A stretch of DNA of 64,000 nt from an uncultured Chroococcidiopsis sp. (GTDB taxonomy: Bacteria; Cyanobacteriota; Cyanobacteriia; Cyanobacteriales; Chroococcidiopsidaceae), in assembly GCA_964248365.1 (NCBI GenBank), contig CAXTYC010000002.1:32001-96000 (forward strand), given 5' to 3'. The position numbers and the translations under genes are program-made. How positions within the stretch are numbered: position 1 is the stretch's first letter; every line of letters starts with the position of its first letter. Under the pieces are notes generated by a model. That model worked only from the letters and a program-made list of their open reading frames with translations, was not told the origin of the DNA and ran no database searches. Positions 8,111-18,026 of this stretch are shown here, piece by piece.

Positions 8111-10915
8111 GTGGCAGTTGGGCAAGAAGAGTTATTAACAGCCAAGATCCAAAAACCAGCTCGTTACTTAGGTAACGAGTTAGGATCTGTACATAAAACA
8201 TGGGACACGGCAAACGTGCGTTGGGTATTAACTTACCCAGAAGTTTATGAAGTGGGTGCATCTAACTTAGGGCATATTATTCTCTACAACATACTGAATG
8301 CCCAACCACGCTCCTTGTGCGATCGCGCCTACTTACCAGCACCAGATCTAGCAGCGCTCTTAAGGGAAACAAACACTCCCTTGTTTGCCGTCGAGTCGAG
8401 AAAGTCGCTCTCCAAATTTGATATTTTGGGCTTCAGCCTCAGCTATGAATTAGGAGCAACCAACATTTTGGAGATGTTGGATTTGGCAGGAATTCCTCTC
8501 ACATGGCGCGATCGCCAAAACAGTAGGGGCGGATTAACTAAAGATACCCTGTGCGACACAAACAATTCTGAAAAACCCGCCCCTACCTCATACCCCCTGA
8601 TTTTCGCAGGTGGACAAACAGCCACCTCCAACCCAGAACCCTACGCCGACTTCTTTGACTTTATTGCGCTGGGGGATGGCGAGGAACTGTTACCAGAAAT
8701 TGGTTTGGTACTCGAAGAAGGCAAAGCAGCCTGTTTGAGTCGAGAACAACTGTTGCTCGATTTAGCACAGATACCAGGCGTTTACGTACCGCAGTTTTAT
8801 GACATGGCGCGAGATGGATCGGTACATCCAAATCGTCCCGATGTGCCAGAACGTATTATTAGACGTGTTGCCACTCCCATACCAGCTTACTCAATTGGTT
8901 TGGTTCCCTACGTCGAGACAGTACACGATCGCCTGACCATTGAAATCAGACGCGGCTGCACCAGAGGCTGTCGCTTCTGCCAACCTGGTATGCTAACTCG
9001 TCCAGCACGAGATGTAGAACCAGAAAAAGTGGTTGAAGCAATCGAGCAGGGAATGCGGGTAACTGGCTACAATGAGTTTTCGCTATTATCCCTGAGTTGT
9101 TCTGATTATCTATCCCTCCCATCTGTGGGAATGGAAATTAAAAATCGTCTTAAGAACGAAAATATTTCCCTATCCCTACCTAGTCAACGTGTAGACCGAT
9201 TTGATGAAAATATCGCCAACATTTTGGGAGGAAATCGCCAAAGTGGGCTAACCTTCGCCCCAGAAGCGGGAACCCAGCGAATGCGCGACATCGTGAATAA
9301 GGGGTTGACGAATGAAGAACTGCTGCGGGGTGTGAAAACTGCTTGGGAGCAGGGTTGGGATAAGATCAAGCTTTATTTCATGATCGGCTTACCTGGGGAA
9401 ACCGACGCGGATGTATTGGGAATTGTTCAAACAGTCAGTTGGCTGCAACGGGAGTGTCGGGCAAATGGTAGAAAGCGGCTGAGTTTTAATTTGACAATTT
9501 CTAACTTTACGCCCAAGCCACATACGCCGTTTCAATGGCATAGTGTTTCAACATCCGAGTTTGAGCGCAAGCAAGAGTTATTACAGCAAGAATTCCGCCG
9601 CATGAAAGGAGTGAAGGTAAACTTTACCGACGTGCGGCTTTGTGCAATGGAAGATTTTATCGGACGAGGCGATCGCCGTCTAGCTTCTGTAGTACGACGC
9701 GCTTGGGAATTGGGCGCGGGTATGGATTCGTGGTATGACAATGTAGAACGTGCTTTTAAAGCTTGGGGAGATGCGATCGCTTCTTCTGGTTTGACTTGGA
9801 AATACCGCCAAATCGAAAACGGCGAATGGAACCTCTTTTTAGAGCAGGGGAGCAAGGGAGCAGAGGGGCAGAGGGGACAACCCGACAACCCGACAACCCG
9901 ACAAGGGGAAACTACATCAATTCTCCCCCCCTCCTCTTCTAGCCCCCAGCCCCTAGCCTCTAGCCCCTCACTTGATGCGCCATTGCCTTGGGATCATATA
10001 GATACTGGAATTGATAAAAAGTGGCTAAAAGCAGATCTAGAAAGAGCTTTAGCAGCAGCGATAGTGCCAGATTGCTCTTTTGATGGTTGTTCTCACTGTG
10101 GTGTCTGCGGCGTGGACTTTGGTCATAACGTCGTGATTTCTCCGCCTGCAATTCCTCAGTTTGCTGGACAGTTTGTCCCCAACAACACAAAAGTTCAAAG
10201 ATTGCGAGTTTGGTTTGGTAAGCTTGGTGATATGGCTCTAATTAGCCATCTCGATTTACTGCGCCTATTTGAGCGTGCTGTACGCCGTGCAGCATTGCCG
10301 ATTTCTTTTACAAACGGATTCCACCCCAGCCCCCGCATTTCTATCGCTCAAGCGCTACCACTAGGAGTTACTAGTAGCGGTGAAATCGTGGATTTTGAGC
10401 TAACACAAATCGTTGAACCGGAGGCTTTCAAAACAAAGCTAAGCAGTCAGCTACCCGCAGAGCTACCAATAACCCGTGTTGAGCCAATTGAATTAAAAGA
10501 TCCCTCTGCTACACAGATATTGTCCGGCGCTGAATATCTAATTACTGTAGCAACCGATGCTGGGATAAATTTGGAGCAATGGCAGGAATGGGTAGAAAAA
10601 ATAAAGGGTTTGGATACATTTTGGTGGGAGCAGACAACCAAATCAGGCAAGAAGCAAACAGTGAATTTGCGCGATCGCTTGAAAGAGCTAGAAGTAATTG
10701 AACCGCATAGCCTGGGGTTTAAACCCCAGGGAAACAGAGAACACACAGGAGAACAGGAAGATTCTTCAGTTGTTCTACGTATTCTTGGCAGTTGTCAGCA
10801 GGATGGAAATAAACTGCGACCAGAACACGTAATATTTATGTTAGAGCAAGTCGCCCAGCTAGAATTTCAACTAGGACCTATCCACCGCCTGCGGCTCATA
10901 CTAGATACTAACTAG
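8111..10915 (+). CDS. Radical SAM protein (TIGR03960-type) fused to a DUF2344/TIGR03936 domain
   Basis: RGCTRGCRFC (CxxxCxxC), a further CSFDGCSHCGVC motif and C-terminal SHLDLLRLFERA..GFHPSPR; usual position upstream of rne. Confidence 0.9.
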   Translation: MAVGQEELLTAKIQKPARYLGNELGSVHKTWDTANVRWVLTYPEVYEVGASNLGHIILYNILNAQPRSLCDRAYLPAPDLAALLRETNTPLFAVESRKSLSKFDILGFSLSYELGATNILEMLDLAGIPLTWRDRQNSRGGLTKDTLCDTNNSEKPAPTSYPLIFAGGQTATSNPEPYADFFDFIALGDGEELLPEIGLVLEEGKAACLSREQLLLDLAQIPGVYVPQFYDMARDGSVHPNRPDVPERIIRRVATPIPAYSIGLVPYVETVHDRLTIEIRRGCTRGCRFCQPGMLTRPARDVEPEKVVEAIEQGMRVTGYNEFSLLSLSCSDYLSLPSVGMEIKNRLKNENISLSLPSQRVDRFDENIANILGGNRQSGLTFAPEAGTQRMRDIVNKGLTNEELLRGVKTAWEQGWDKIKLYFMIGLPGETDADVLGIVQTVSWLQRECRANGRKRLSFNLTISNFTPKPHTPFQWHSVSTSEFERKQELLQQEFRRMKGVKVNFTDVRLCAMEDFIGRGDRRLASVVRRAWELGAGMDSWYDNVERAFKAWGDAIASSGLTWKYRQIENGEWNLFLEQGSKGAEGQRGQPDNPTTRQGETTSILPPSSSSPQPLASSPSLDAPLPWDHIDTGIDKKWLKADLERALAAAIVPDCSFDGCSHCGVCGVDFGHNVVISPPAIPQFAGQFVPNNTKVQRLRVWFGKLGDMALISHLDLLRLFERAVRRAALPISFTNGFHPSPRISIAQALPLGVTSSGEIVDFELTQIVEPEAFKTKLSSQLPAELPITRVEPIELKDPSATQILSGAEYLITVATDAGINLEQWQEWVEKIKGLDTFWWEQTTKSGKKQTVNLRDRLKELEVIEPHSLGFKPQGNREHTGEQEDSSVVLRILGSCQQDGNKLRPEHVIFMLEQVAQLEFQLGPIHRLRLILDTN
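8523..8586. mobile_element. 64-bp mini-element lying within the radical SAM ORF
   Basis: Ends GTAGGGGCGG / CCGCCCCTAC. Same length and similar ends as the copies at 51989-52052 and 54659-54722. Confidence 0.75.
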
Positions 10916-11035
10916 AAAAGGACAACCCAGCAACCTGACAACCCGACAAGGGGAATTAAATATTCCGACTTCTGTCTCCTGTCTTCTGTCTCCTGTCTTC
11001 TGTCTTCTCTTGATTGCTTTTTCTCAAGCTTGAGT

Positions 11036-11512
11036 TAAAATTAAGTCAAGAGAAATTTTCTAGCGCTGCATTGGTTACTCTGCGTCACTTCCCTGGTTAT
11101 CAGGATTTAAGCGAAGATAATTGAAGAGCGGTTTCGACGATTCTTTTGCATAGAAGCAAAAGGCTGATTGATAACTCTCTTTTCGGTTGCGATAGAGTAG
11201 TTGTTGTAACTAATAGTAGGCGCAACAGGCTTTTCTAGGTGTCTGTTATTGAAGATGGCGCTTTTGCCTGATCCAAAGGACAGGATACAAAAGAGCGAAA
11301 ACCTACCACAATTGCTTAATTCAGGAGCCTACTACTATATATATGCGGCAGTTCTGAAATCATATTCTTCCAAACTGTGAGCATAAATAGCTTTTCGCTC
11401 TTGAGCAAGGGGAAGCGCAATCTTTATTATCAAGCAGCGCCTACCTACGGCTAATTAAAGCGAGAGAAACTTCCTCAAAGCTTTTGAAGCTGCAAATTTT
11501 TGAGGGAATTGA
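11036..11512 (+). promoter_or_regulatory. Putative promoter and long structured 5' UTR of rne-rnhB
   Basis: TAAAAT at 11036-11041, hairpin AACAGGC..GTCTGTT, and long-range pairing GTAGGCGC/GCGCCTAC. Cyanobacterial rne is known to have a long 5' UTR. Confidence 0.5.
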
Positions 11513-13672
11513 ATGCCAAAACAAATCATTATAGCAGAGCAGCATCACATTGCTGCTGTTTTTTCAGAAGATCAAATTCAAGAACTCGTAGTTGCCACAG
11601 GGCGACACCAAATCGGCGATATTTACCTGGGTGTAGTTGAAAATGTCCTGCCAGGAATAGACGCTGCTTTTGTCAATATTGGCGATCCAGAGCGCAATGG
11701 TTTTATTCATGTGACTGATTTGGGACCATTGAAGCTAAAGCGCACTGCTGGGGCAATTACAGAACTTTTAGCGCCACAGCAGAAAGTGCTGGTGCAAGTG
11801 ATGAAAGAGCCTACGGGAAATAAAGGACCCAGGCTCACAGGTAACATTACCTTGCCCAGTCGCTATGTAGTGCTGATGCCCTATGGACGGGGTGTAAATT
11901 TATCGCAGCGAATCAAGAATGAAAACGAACGCAACCGCTTACGAGCTTTGGCGATTCTAATTAAACCCGCAGGCATGGGTTTGCTAATTCGTACCGAAGC
12001 AGAAGGCAAGCCAGAAGATGCAATCATCGAAGATTTAGAGGCGATCCAGAAACAATGGGAGGCAATTCAACAAGAAGCTCAATCTAGGCGACCACCCGCT
12101 TTGCTTAACCGTGATGATGATTTCATCCAGCGAGTACTGCGGGATATGTACGGCTCAGATGTGAACCGGATTGTGGTTGATTCCAGTACGGGACTCAGAC
12201 GAGTGAAGCAGTATTTGATGAACTGGAGTGGAGGGCTTTCGCCGCAGGGATTGCTAATTGATCATCACCGCGATCGCATCTCCATTTTGGAATATTTTCG
12301 CATCAATGCAGCAATTCGGGAAGCGCTCAAGCCACGAGTTGATTTACCTTCTGGCGGCTATGTCATCATTGAACCGACTGAAGCCTTAACGGTCGTAGAC
12401 GTTAACTCTGGCTCGTTTACCCGTTCTGCTACTGCCAGAGAAACGGTTTTGTGGACAAATTGCGAGGCAGCTACAGAAATTGCCCGACAACTGCGCTTGC
12501 GTAATCTTGCAGGCGTGATCATCGTAGATTTCATTGATATGGAATCGCGCAAAGATCAGCTACAGGTGCTAGAACACTTCAACAAAGCCCTGAGAGCAGA
12601 TAAAGCTAGACCGCAAATCGCTCAACTGTCTGAACTGGGTTTGGTAGAACTAACTCGCAAGCGTCAAGGTCAAAACATTTATGAGTTGTTTGGTCGTACC
12701 TGCCCCACCTGTGGCGGACTAGGGCATATAGTACATCTGCCTGGGGAACCAGAAGAGCGCGAGCGCGATCGCCTGGAAATGCCATCACGAGAAACCGAAT
12801 GGTCTGTAGCACCACCTACCAGGGAATCCCCCCGCGTAATTCCATCTAATCGATTTGCCGAACCGCGAGAAACGTATTCGGGACTAGCCGAGGCTTTCAA
12901 TCCTGACTTAGATAGCGATCAGCAAGACCTAAATCTCTTAAATCACCCTAGCTATCAAGAGCTTGGGGATGCAAATAATAATCGTCGTCGTCGCCGTCGC
13001 CGTTTGTCCATGGGTGAGCCTACCCCAAGAGAAGATCGGATGCCTTCTACTCCAATGGCTTTGCTGAATGAACAACAGACGGATCTAGATGCGGAAACAG
13101 AACTACCGACAACTTCAGAAGTGTCGTTTTCAGCAAATAGTAAGGCTGGTTGGATAGAAAAACCTGAGCGGGCTAAACCGATTAAACCAGAGCCAGTCAA
13201 ACCTGTTATAGATCCACCCCAAACCGTTTATGTAGAAATGACACCGGAGGAACAGGAAGTTTACGCTTTGATGGGAGTTTCTCCCTTGGTGCGATCGAAC
13301 CAAGAAGTCAAAAATCCCAAGTCTGTGATTGTTCATGTGACTTTGCCTGGGCAAATTCCAGATACCAGCACTGTTAATGAAAGCATGACACCTGCGCCAT
13401 CAACCATAGAATCGCCTGTGCCATCAATCATAGAATCGCCTGTGCCATCAATCATAGAATCGCCTGTGCCATCAACTACAGAATTAACTGCCCCCCAAGC
13501 CGACAACAGCACGGTTGTGCCAGATGAGCAAGTTGAACTCCCAGACACTCCTAGCGCTGACATATCGCCTGTTAGTACTACTGATAATGAGAGTGAAGCT
13601 GATAACAAGGTGACAGTAAATCGTCGCCGTCGTCGTCGCTCTTCTGCTACTGAAAATAGCCCTGAAGAGTGA
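11513..13672 (+). CDS. rne: Ribonuclease E
   Basis: S1 domain (GDIYLG.VENVLPGIDAAFVNIG), DVNSG, DFIDM, Zn-link CPTC and C-terminal RRRRRRSSA. Confidence 0.97.
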   Translation: MPKQIIIAEQHHIAAVFSEDQIQELVVATGRHQIGDIYLGVVENVLPGIDAAFVNIGDPERNGFIHVTDLGPLKLKRTAGAITELLAPQQKVLVQVMKEPTGNKGPRLTGNITLPSRYVVLMPYGRGVNLSQRIKNENERNRLRALAILIKPAGMGLLIRTEAEGKPEDAIIEDLEAIQKQWEAIQQEAQSRRPPALLNRDDDFIQRVLRDMYGSDVNRIVVDSSTGLRRVKQYLMNWSGGLSPQGLLIDHHRDRISILEYFRINAAIREALKPRVDLPSGGYVIIEPTEALTVVDVNSGSFTRSATARETVLWTNCEAATEIARQLRLRNLAGVIIVDFIDMESRKDQLQVLEHFNKALRADKARPQIAQLSELGLVELTRKRQGQNIYELFGRTCPTCGGLGHIVHLPGEPEERERDRLEMPSRETEWSVAPPTRESPRVIPSNRFAEPRETYSGLAEAFNPDLDSDQQDLNLLNHPSYQELGDANNNRRRRRRRLSMGEPTPREDRMPSTPMALLNEQQTDLDAETELPTTSEVSFSANSKAGWIEKPERAKPIKPEPVKPVIDPPQTVYVEMTPEEQEVYALMGVSPLVRSNQEVKNPKSVIVHVTLPGQIPDTSTVNESMTPAPSTIESPVPSIIESPVPSIIESPVPSTTELTAPQADNSTVVPDEQVELPDTPSADISPVSTTDNESEADNKVTVNRRRRRRSSATENSPEE
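13395..13478 (+). repeat. 24-bp tandem repeat (about 3 copies) inside rne
   Basis: (GCCATCAAYCATAGAATCGCCTGT)x3 encodes PS(T/I)IESPV. Confidence 0.9.
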
Positions 13673-13758
13673 ATCAATTTTGGATTTTGGATTTTAGATT
13701 TTGGATTAGAATCTAGAATCTAAAATCTAAAATCTAAAATCGACCTCCCCTCTCAAGG

Positions 13759-14394
13759 TTGGTTATGAAAACTGAGTACATAAGCTTAGATTTTGATACA
13801 GCACTCAACGCTGAGCAGTCGCTTCTGATTGCTGGGGTGGATGAAGTAGGGCGAGGATCTTTGTTTGGTCCTGTGGTAGCAGCAGCAGTAATTTTACCGC
13901 CTTCTGCTTTGCCGGAACTAGTGGCAGCGCAAATCCGAGACAGTAAAAAATTGTCCCCCCCTCGCCGTCTCAAGCTGGCTGCTAAAATTTCTCAAGTAGC
14001 TTTGGATTGGAAAATTGGTTTTGCTTCTACTGCCGAAATTGACCAGATGAATATTTTACAGGCATCGCTTTTGGCAATGAAGCGGGCTGTGCTTAAACTC
14101 AAGGTTCAGCCAGGATTATGCTTGATTGATGGCAATCAACCGCTAAAAGACTTGTCAATACCGCAACAAACATTGGTGAGGGGAGACTCGCTATCGCTGT
14201 GTATCGCCTGTGCTAGCATTGTCGCCAAAGTCTGGCGCGATCAGCTGATCGTTCGCTTTGCTGCCAAGTACCCTATGTATGACTTAGTTGCTAACAAGGG
14301 TTATGGAACCCAAAAACATCTCCAAGCGTTACAAGAGTATGGTCCCTCACCTTTACATCGGCTGTCTTTTCGTCCTTGCCAAACCAGGGGCTAG
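13759..14394 (+). CDS. rnhB: Ribonuclease HII
   Basis: GVDEVGRG..FGPVVAAAV, DSKKL, DGN and NKGYGT. Confidence 0.96.
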   Translation: MVMKTEYISLDFDTALNAEQSLLIAGVDEVGRGSLFGPVVAAAVILPPSALPELVAAQIRDSKKLSPPRRLKLAAKISQVALDWKIGFASTAEIDQMNILQASLLAMKRAVLKLKVQPGLCLIDGNQPLKDLSIPQQTLVRGDSLSLCIACASIVAKVWRDQLIVRFAAKYPMYDLVANKGYGTQKHLQALQEYGPSPLHRLSFRPCQTRG

Positions 14395-14527
14395 GGAAAC
14401 AATTAGCGATTAGGTTTTAGCGAGTAGCAACTGATGACACACTATCTATTAAAGATTTCAAAAGCTAGAAACAAAGAAGATCTACTAACAGCTAAAAGCT
14501 AACAGCTAACAGCTAAGAGCTTATTGA

Positions 14528-15115
14528 TTAGCCGATTGGGCTATTAGAGGGTAATACGGTCGCCTGCTCAGAGCTTGTCACCCCAGCACTGTCATTAACC
14601 CAGTTGCTATAATCGGCTAAAAGTTGTTGTAGCAATCTTTGCTTGATTGTTAATAGAACACTTTTGAGTAAACCGTTACCTGTAGCTTCCACAATTGGCT
14701 TGGGGGTTAGCGAAAACGGGAGGGGCAGTTCAACTTGTACTTGTAAGTTAGCTATACCCTTGAGGATTGTGCCGCCGTTACTTTGGCAAGGAGACAAATG
14801 CCCTTGAAGATTTAGAGCAAAGCGCTCGTTTATATATTCAACACCTAGGATTTCACAAGCGAGCGATCGCAAATGAACTGTGCCATTCGGTTCTGCCCAC
14901 ACTTTCAAATCGGCAGTTGGTTGAATGCTCAGTGTCATAAACACCAGTGGGCGTATTTTCAACCGAAAAACTTCCTCATCCAGCTGCTCAATTCGACTGG
15001 GATCAACCAAAGCTTTTACCAAGCGTTGAGGCTGGCGCAGGTAATGCTGTATGGGAACAGGTTGCTCTGGTACAGCAATTTCAACCGATTGGGAGGCAGC
15101 AAACCGAGTATGCAT
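14528..15115 (-). CDS. DUF1997 family protein
   Basis: IQHYLRQPQRLV.AL.DPSR and EATGNGLLKSVL; usual cyanobacterial neighbour of rnhB. Confidence 0.75.
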   Translation of the reverse strand: MHTRFAASQSVEIAVPEQPVPIQHYLRQPQRLVKALVDPSRIEQLDEEVFRLKIRPLVFMTLSIQPTADLKVWAEPNGTVHLRSLACEILGVEYINERFALNLQGHLSPCQSNGGTILKGIANLQVQVELPLPFSLTPKPIVEATGNGLLKSVLLTIKQRLLQQLLADYSNWVNDSAGVTSSEQATVLPSNSPIG

Positions 15116-15369
15116 TGTTGGGTAAATATACCTATTTACTATTTGTTATTTTTATTAATCAGTTGCTTTATGGGACTTGCAAACAAGCACCAAATGCTTA
15201 GTAAATATTAAGCACTTTTCACAACTGTAAATAACTATAAACTATTGTGAAAAATTCTGCCTCCTACTATCGCCAGAGAGTCAGAAAAACTGAAATTTAA
15301 ATGAAAGCTTTGAGCGATTAGCGATTAGGTGTTAGCGATTAGCAGTCATTGGTCATTGGTAAAGGACAA

Positions 15370-16702
15370 ATGACAAAGAACAAACAAAAGACTTGGTGCA
15401 TCTATTTGCTGTGCTTGGGAATGGCGATCGCCTTCTTAGTCAGTCCGCCCCAGTATCTAACAACTAGGTCTTTTCCCCCACCAACAACCGAGTTACGGGG
15501 TGTTTGGCTAACTAACTTTGGTGGTGCAGCTCTATTTTTCCCCCAAGGTGTCAACCGAGTCATGTACCAACTTAGGCAACTGAACTTTAACACCGTATAT
15601 CCGGTAGTTTGGAACCGAAGCAACACTTTTTACCCTAGTGCTGTGGCAAAAAGAGAAGTTGGTCAATCTCAAGCAACCCTGCAAGCAATAGTAATGCTAG
15701 GACGGAACGTGCTAGCCCAGATAGTCAAGCAGGGACATCGAGAGGGTTTACGGGTAATACGCTGGTTTGAGTATGGCTTTATGACACCATGCAATTCCCA
15801 ACTGGCAAAGCCTCACCCAGATTGGCTTACACAGCGTCAAAACGGTAATAAGCTTTTGAAGGATGATTTGCATCAACAGGACGATCGCAATGCCAATGCT
15901 AAAAGGCAATATCCACGTAACAAAGCTGTAATTAAACAGGTGTAGCTTAACCCTCTCCACCCAGCAGTACAGCAGTTTATTCTTGATTTACTTGTTGAAG
16001 TTGTGACAAAATATGATCTAGCTGGTATTCAATTAGACGATCACTTCGGTTTGCCAGTTGAATTCGGATGTGATCGCTTCACACTAAAGCTGTACCAGCA
16101 AGAACACCAGGGCAGAAAACCCCCCTAATAACTATCTAGATCCTGAGTGGATGCGGTGGCGAGCTAATAAAATTAGTGATTTTATGCAGCGAGTATTTCA
16201 GGCTGTTAAATCTGTTAAACCAGATTGCCTAATTAGCTTGTCTCCTAATCCTCAGTATTTTGCTTACAGCGCTTATTTGCAAGATTGGCTGACTTGGGTG
16301 CAGCGGGGTTTGGTCGATGAGTTGATATGCCAGGTGTAGCGAAATGATTTGAAAACATTTCAAGCTGAACTAGCACAGCCAGCGCTTCAGATAGCTCGGC
16401 GGCGAATTCCAGTGAGTATAGGGATATTAACCGGATCTTGGAGACAACCGATTGCGAGTTCACAAATTCAGCAGCAGCTGCAAACCGCACGAGAACAAGG
16501 TTTTGCTGGGGTATCCTTTTTTTACTGGGAGACTTTATGGGGTTACATCACGTCCGAATCTCCACAGTCACGCCGCAACGCCTTTCAATCACTTTTTAAG
16601 AGAGAGGCTAGAAGAGAGATGGGGGAGCTGGGGAGGCTGGGGAGGCTGGGGGAGAAAAACTACCAACTACCGTACGCGCGGGTTTATCAGACATACTTGT
16701 GA
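15370..16702 (+). pseudogene. Disrupted glycoside hydrolase-like 10 (GHL10/DUF187) gene
   Basis: ELRGVWLTN, NTVYPVVWN, WFEYG, then TAG at 15943. The frame continues as LNPLHP...GIQLDDHFG, shifts +1 at the C6 run 16120-16125, runs on as WMRWRA...QDW, and hits a second TAG at 16337 before GVSFFYWE. Confidence 0.85.
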
Positions 16703-16907
16703 ACCTCCAGATACTCGTTAGTAGGTTTAGCTATGACATGGATGATAGTAGCTGCGATGACAGGAATTAGCCTAATTTGGTTGCTGCGCGATGTTGATAC
16801 TCAAGACGCAAATAAAGCTAAAAGTAGAATTTAAATATCCTTTCTCGTAAATATTACAACACACAAAATAAGTGTTTTAACAGTGCAGTATATGATAAGG
16901 AATTTAG

Positions 16908-17031
16908 ATGGCGTTGCACAATATAAAAAATAATCTTCTTTGTTTTCCTTAGCGCCTACTCTACGAGAAGCTCCGCTTTGCGTCTTTGCGTCTTTGCGTG
17001 ACACTATCATACAGATTTTATGCAACGCCAT
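16908..17031. mobile_element. MITE-like element
   Basis: Perfect 11-bp terminal inverted repeat ATGGCGTTGCA / TGCAACGCCAT, with an internal (CTTTGCGT)n repeat. Confidence 0.6.
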
Positions 17032-17059
17032 TTAATCGGCAAATAAAGAACGAAAAGTC

Positions 17060-17923
17060 ATGACTGTAACCATTGCCCATTTAGGACCTGTTGGCACGTA
17101 TACAGAACAAGCTGCTTTAGCTTATGCCAACTCGGTACAACAAGAAACAGGACAGGAAGCCATCTTAAGTCCATGTTCGAGCATTGCTCAGACTCTTAAG
17201 GCTGTCGCACAAGGGACGGCACAGCAAGCTGTCGTGCCAGTAGAGAATTCTATTGAAGGGAGTGTTGCTGTTACTTTAGACTTACTGTGGCAGTTAGATA
17301 GTTTGAAAATTCAACTGGCTCTTGTTTTGCCCATTGCTCATGCGCTATTGTCCCATGCTCAGAGCTTGTCAGCTATCCAAACTGTTTATTCTCACCCGCA
17401 GGCTTTGGCACAGTGTCAGTTATGGTTAGAGCAGTTTCTGCCGCACGTACAATTAATTCCTACTAATTCGACCACCCAAGCACTAGAGTATTTGGAAAAA
17501 GACGCAAAAACTGGTGCGATTTCTTCTTTACGTGCAGCAGGGCTTTACAACTTACCTATTCTCGCCAGTGGAATTAATGACTATCCCGACAACTGTACAC
17601 GGTTTTGGGTAGTAAGTCGGGAGCAGTCCCCATCTGTTGGCACTCACACTTCGCTTGCTTTCAGTTTACGGGCAAACCTCCCAGGAGCGCTGGTAAAACC
17701 ACTCCAAGTGTTTGCCCAAAGAGATATTAACCTGAGTCGAATTGAATCACGCCCCACCAAGCGATCGCTCGGTGAATATCTGTTCTTCATCGACTTAGAA
17801 GCCGACACCAACTCTCCCCCTGTGCAATCAGCCTTAGCAGAATTAATTACCTATACTGAAATCTTAAAAAATTTTGGCAGTTACAACATTATAGGGGTTA
17901 GGGGCGCTGGGGCTAGAGACTAG
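17060..17923 (+). CDS. pheA: Prephenate dehydratase
   Basis: LGP.GTY, VPVENSIEGSV, SHPQALAQC, N.TRF and the ACT-domain motif NLSRIESRP. Confidence 0.96.
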   Translation: MTVTIAHLGPVGTYTEQAALAYANSVQQETGQEAILSPCSSIAQTLKAVAQGTAQQAVVPVENSIEGSVAVTLDLLWQLDSLKIQLALVLPIAHALLSHAQSLSAIQTVYSHPQALAQCQLWLEQFLPHVQLIPTNSTTQALEYLEKDAKTGAISSLRAAGLYNLPILASGINDYPDNCTRFWVVSREQSPSVGTHTSLAFSLRANLPGALVKPLQVFAQRDINLSRIESRPTKRSLGEYLFFIDLEADTNSPPVQSALAELITYTEILKNFGSYNIIGVRGAGARD

Positions 17924-18026
17924 GGTTTCCACTCGTAGTCTTCGCACTTGGATTCAAAATCTTTGCTTTCTACTAAAAGCTTTCAGGCTAGTTCTCCAGC
18001 CCCAGCGCCCCAGCGCCCCAGCGCCC

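Noticed and set aside
15943..16339. Pyrrolysine or amber recoding of the GHL10 gene
   Set aside because: The two stops correspond to different expected residues, a frameshift lies between them, and TAG is used as a normal stop in many genes here.
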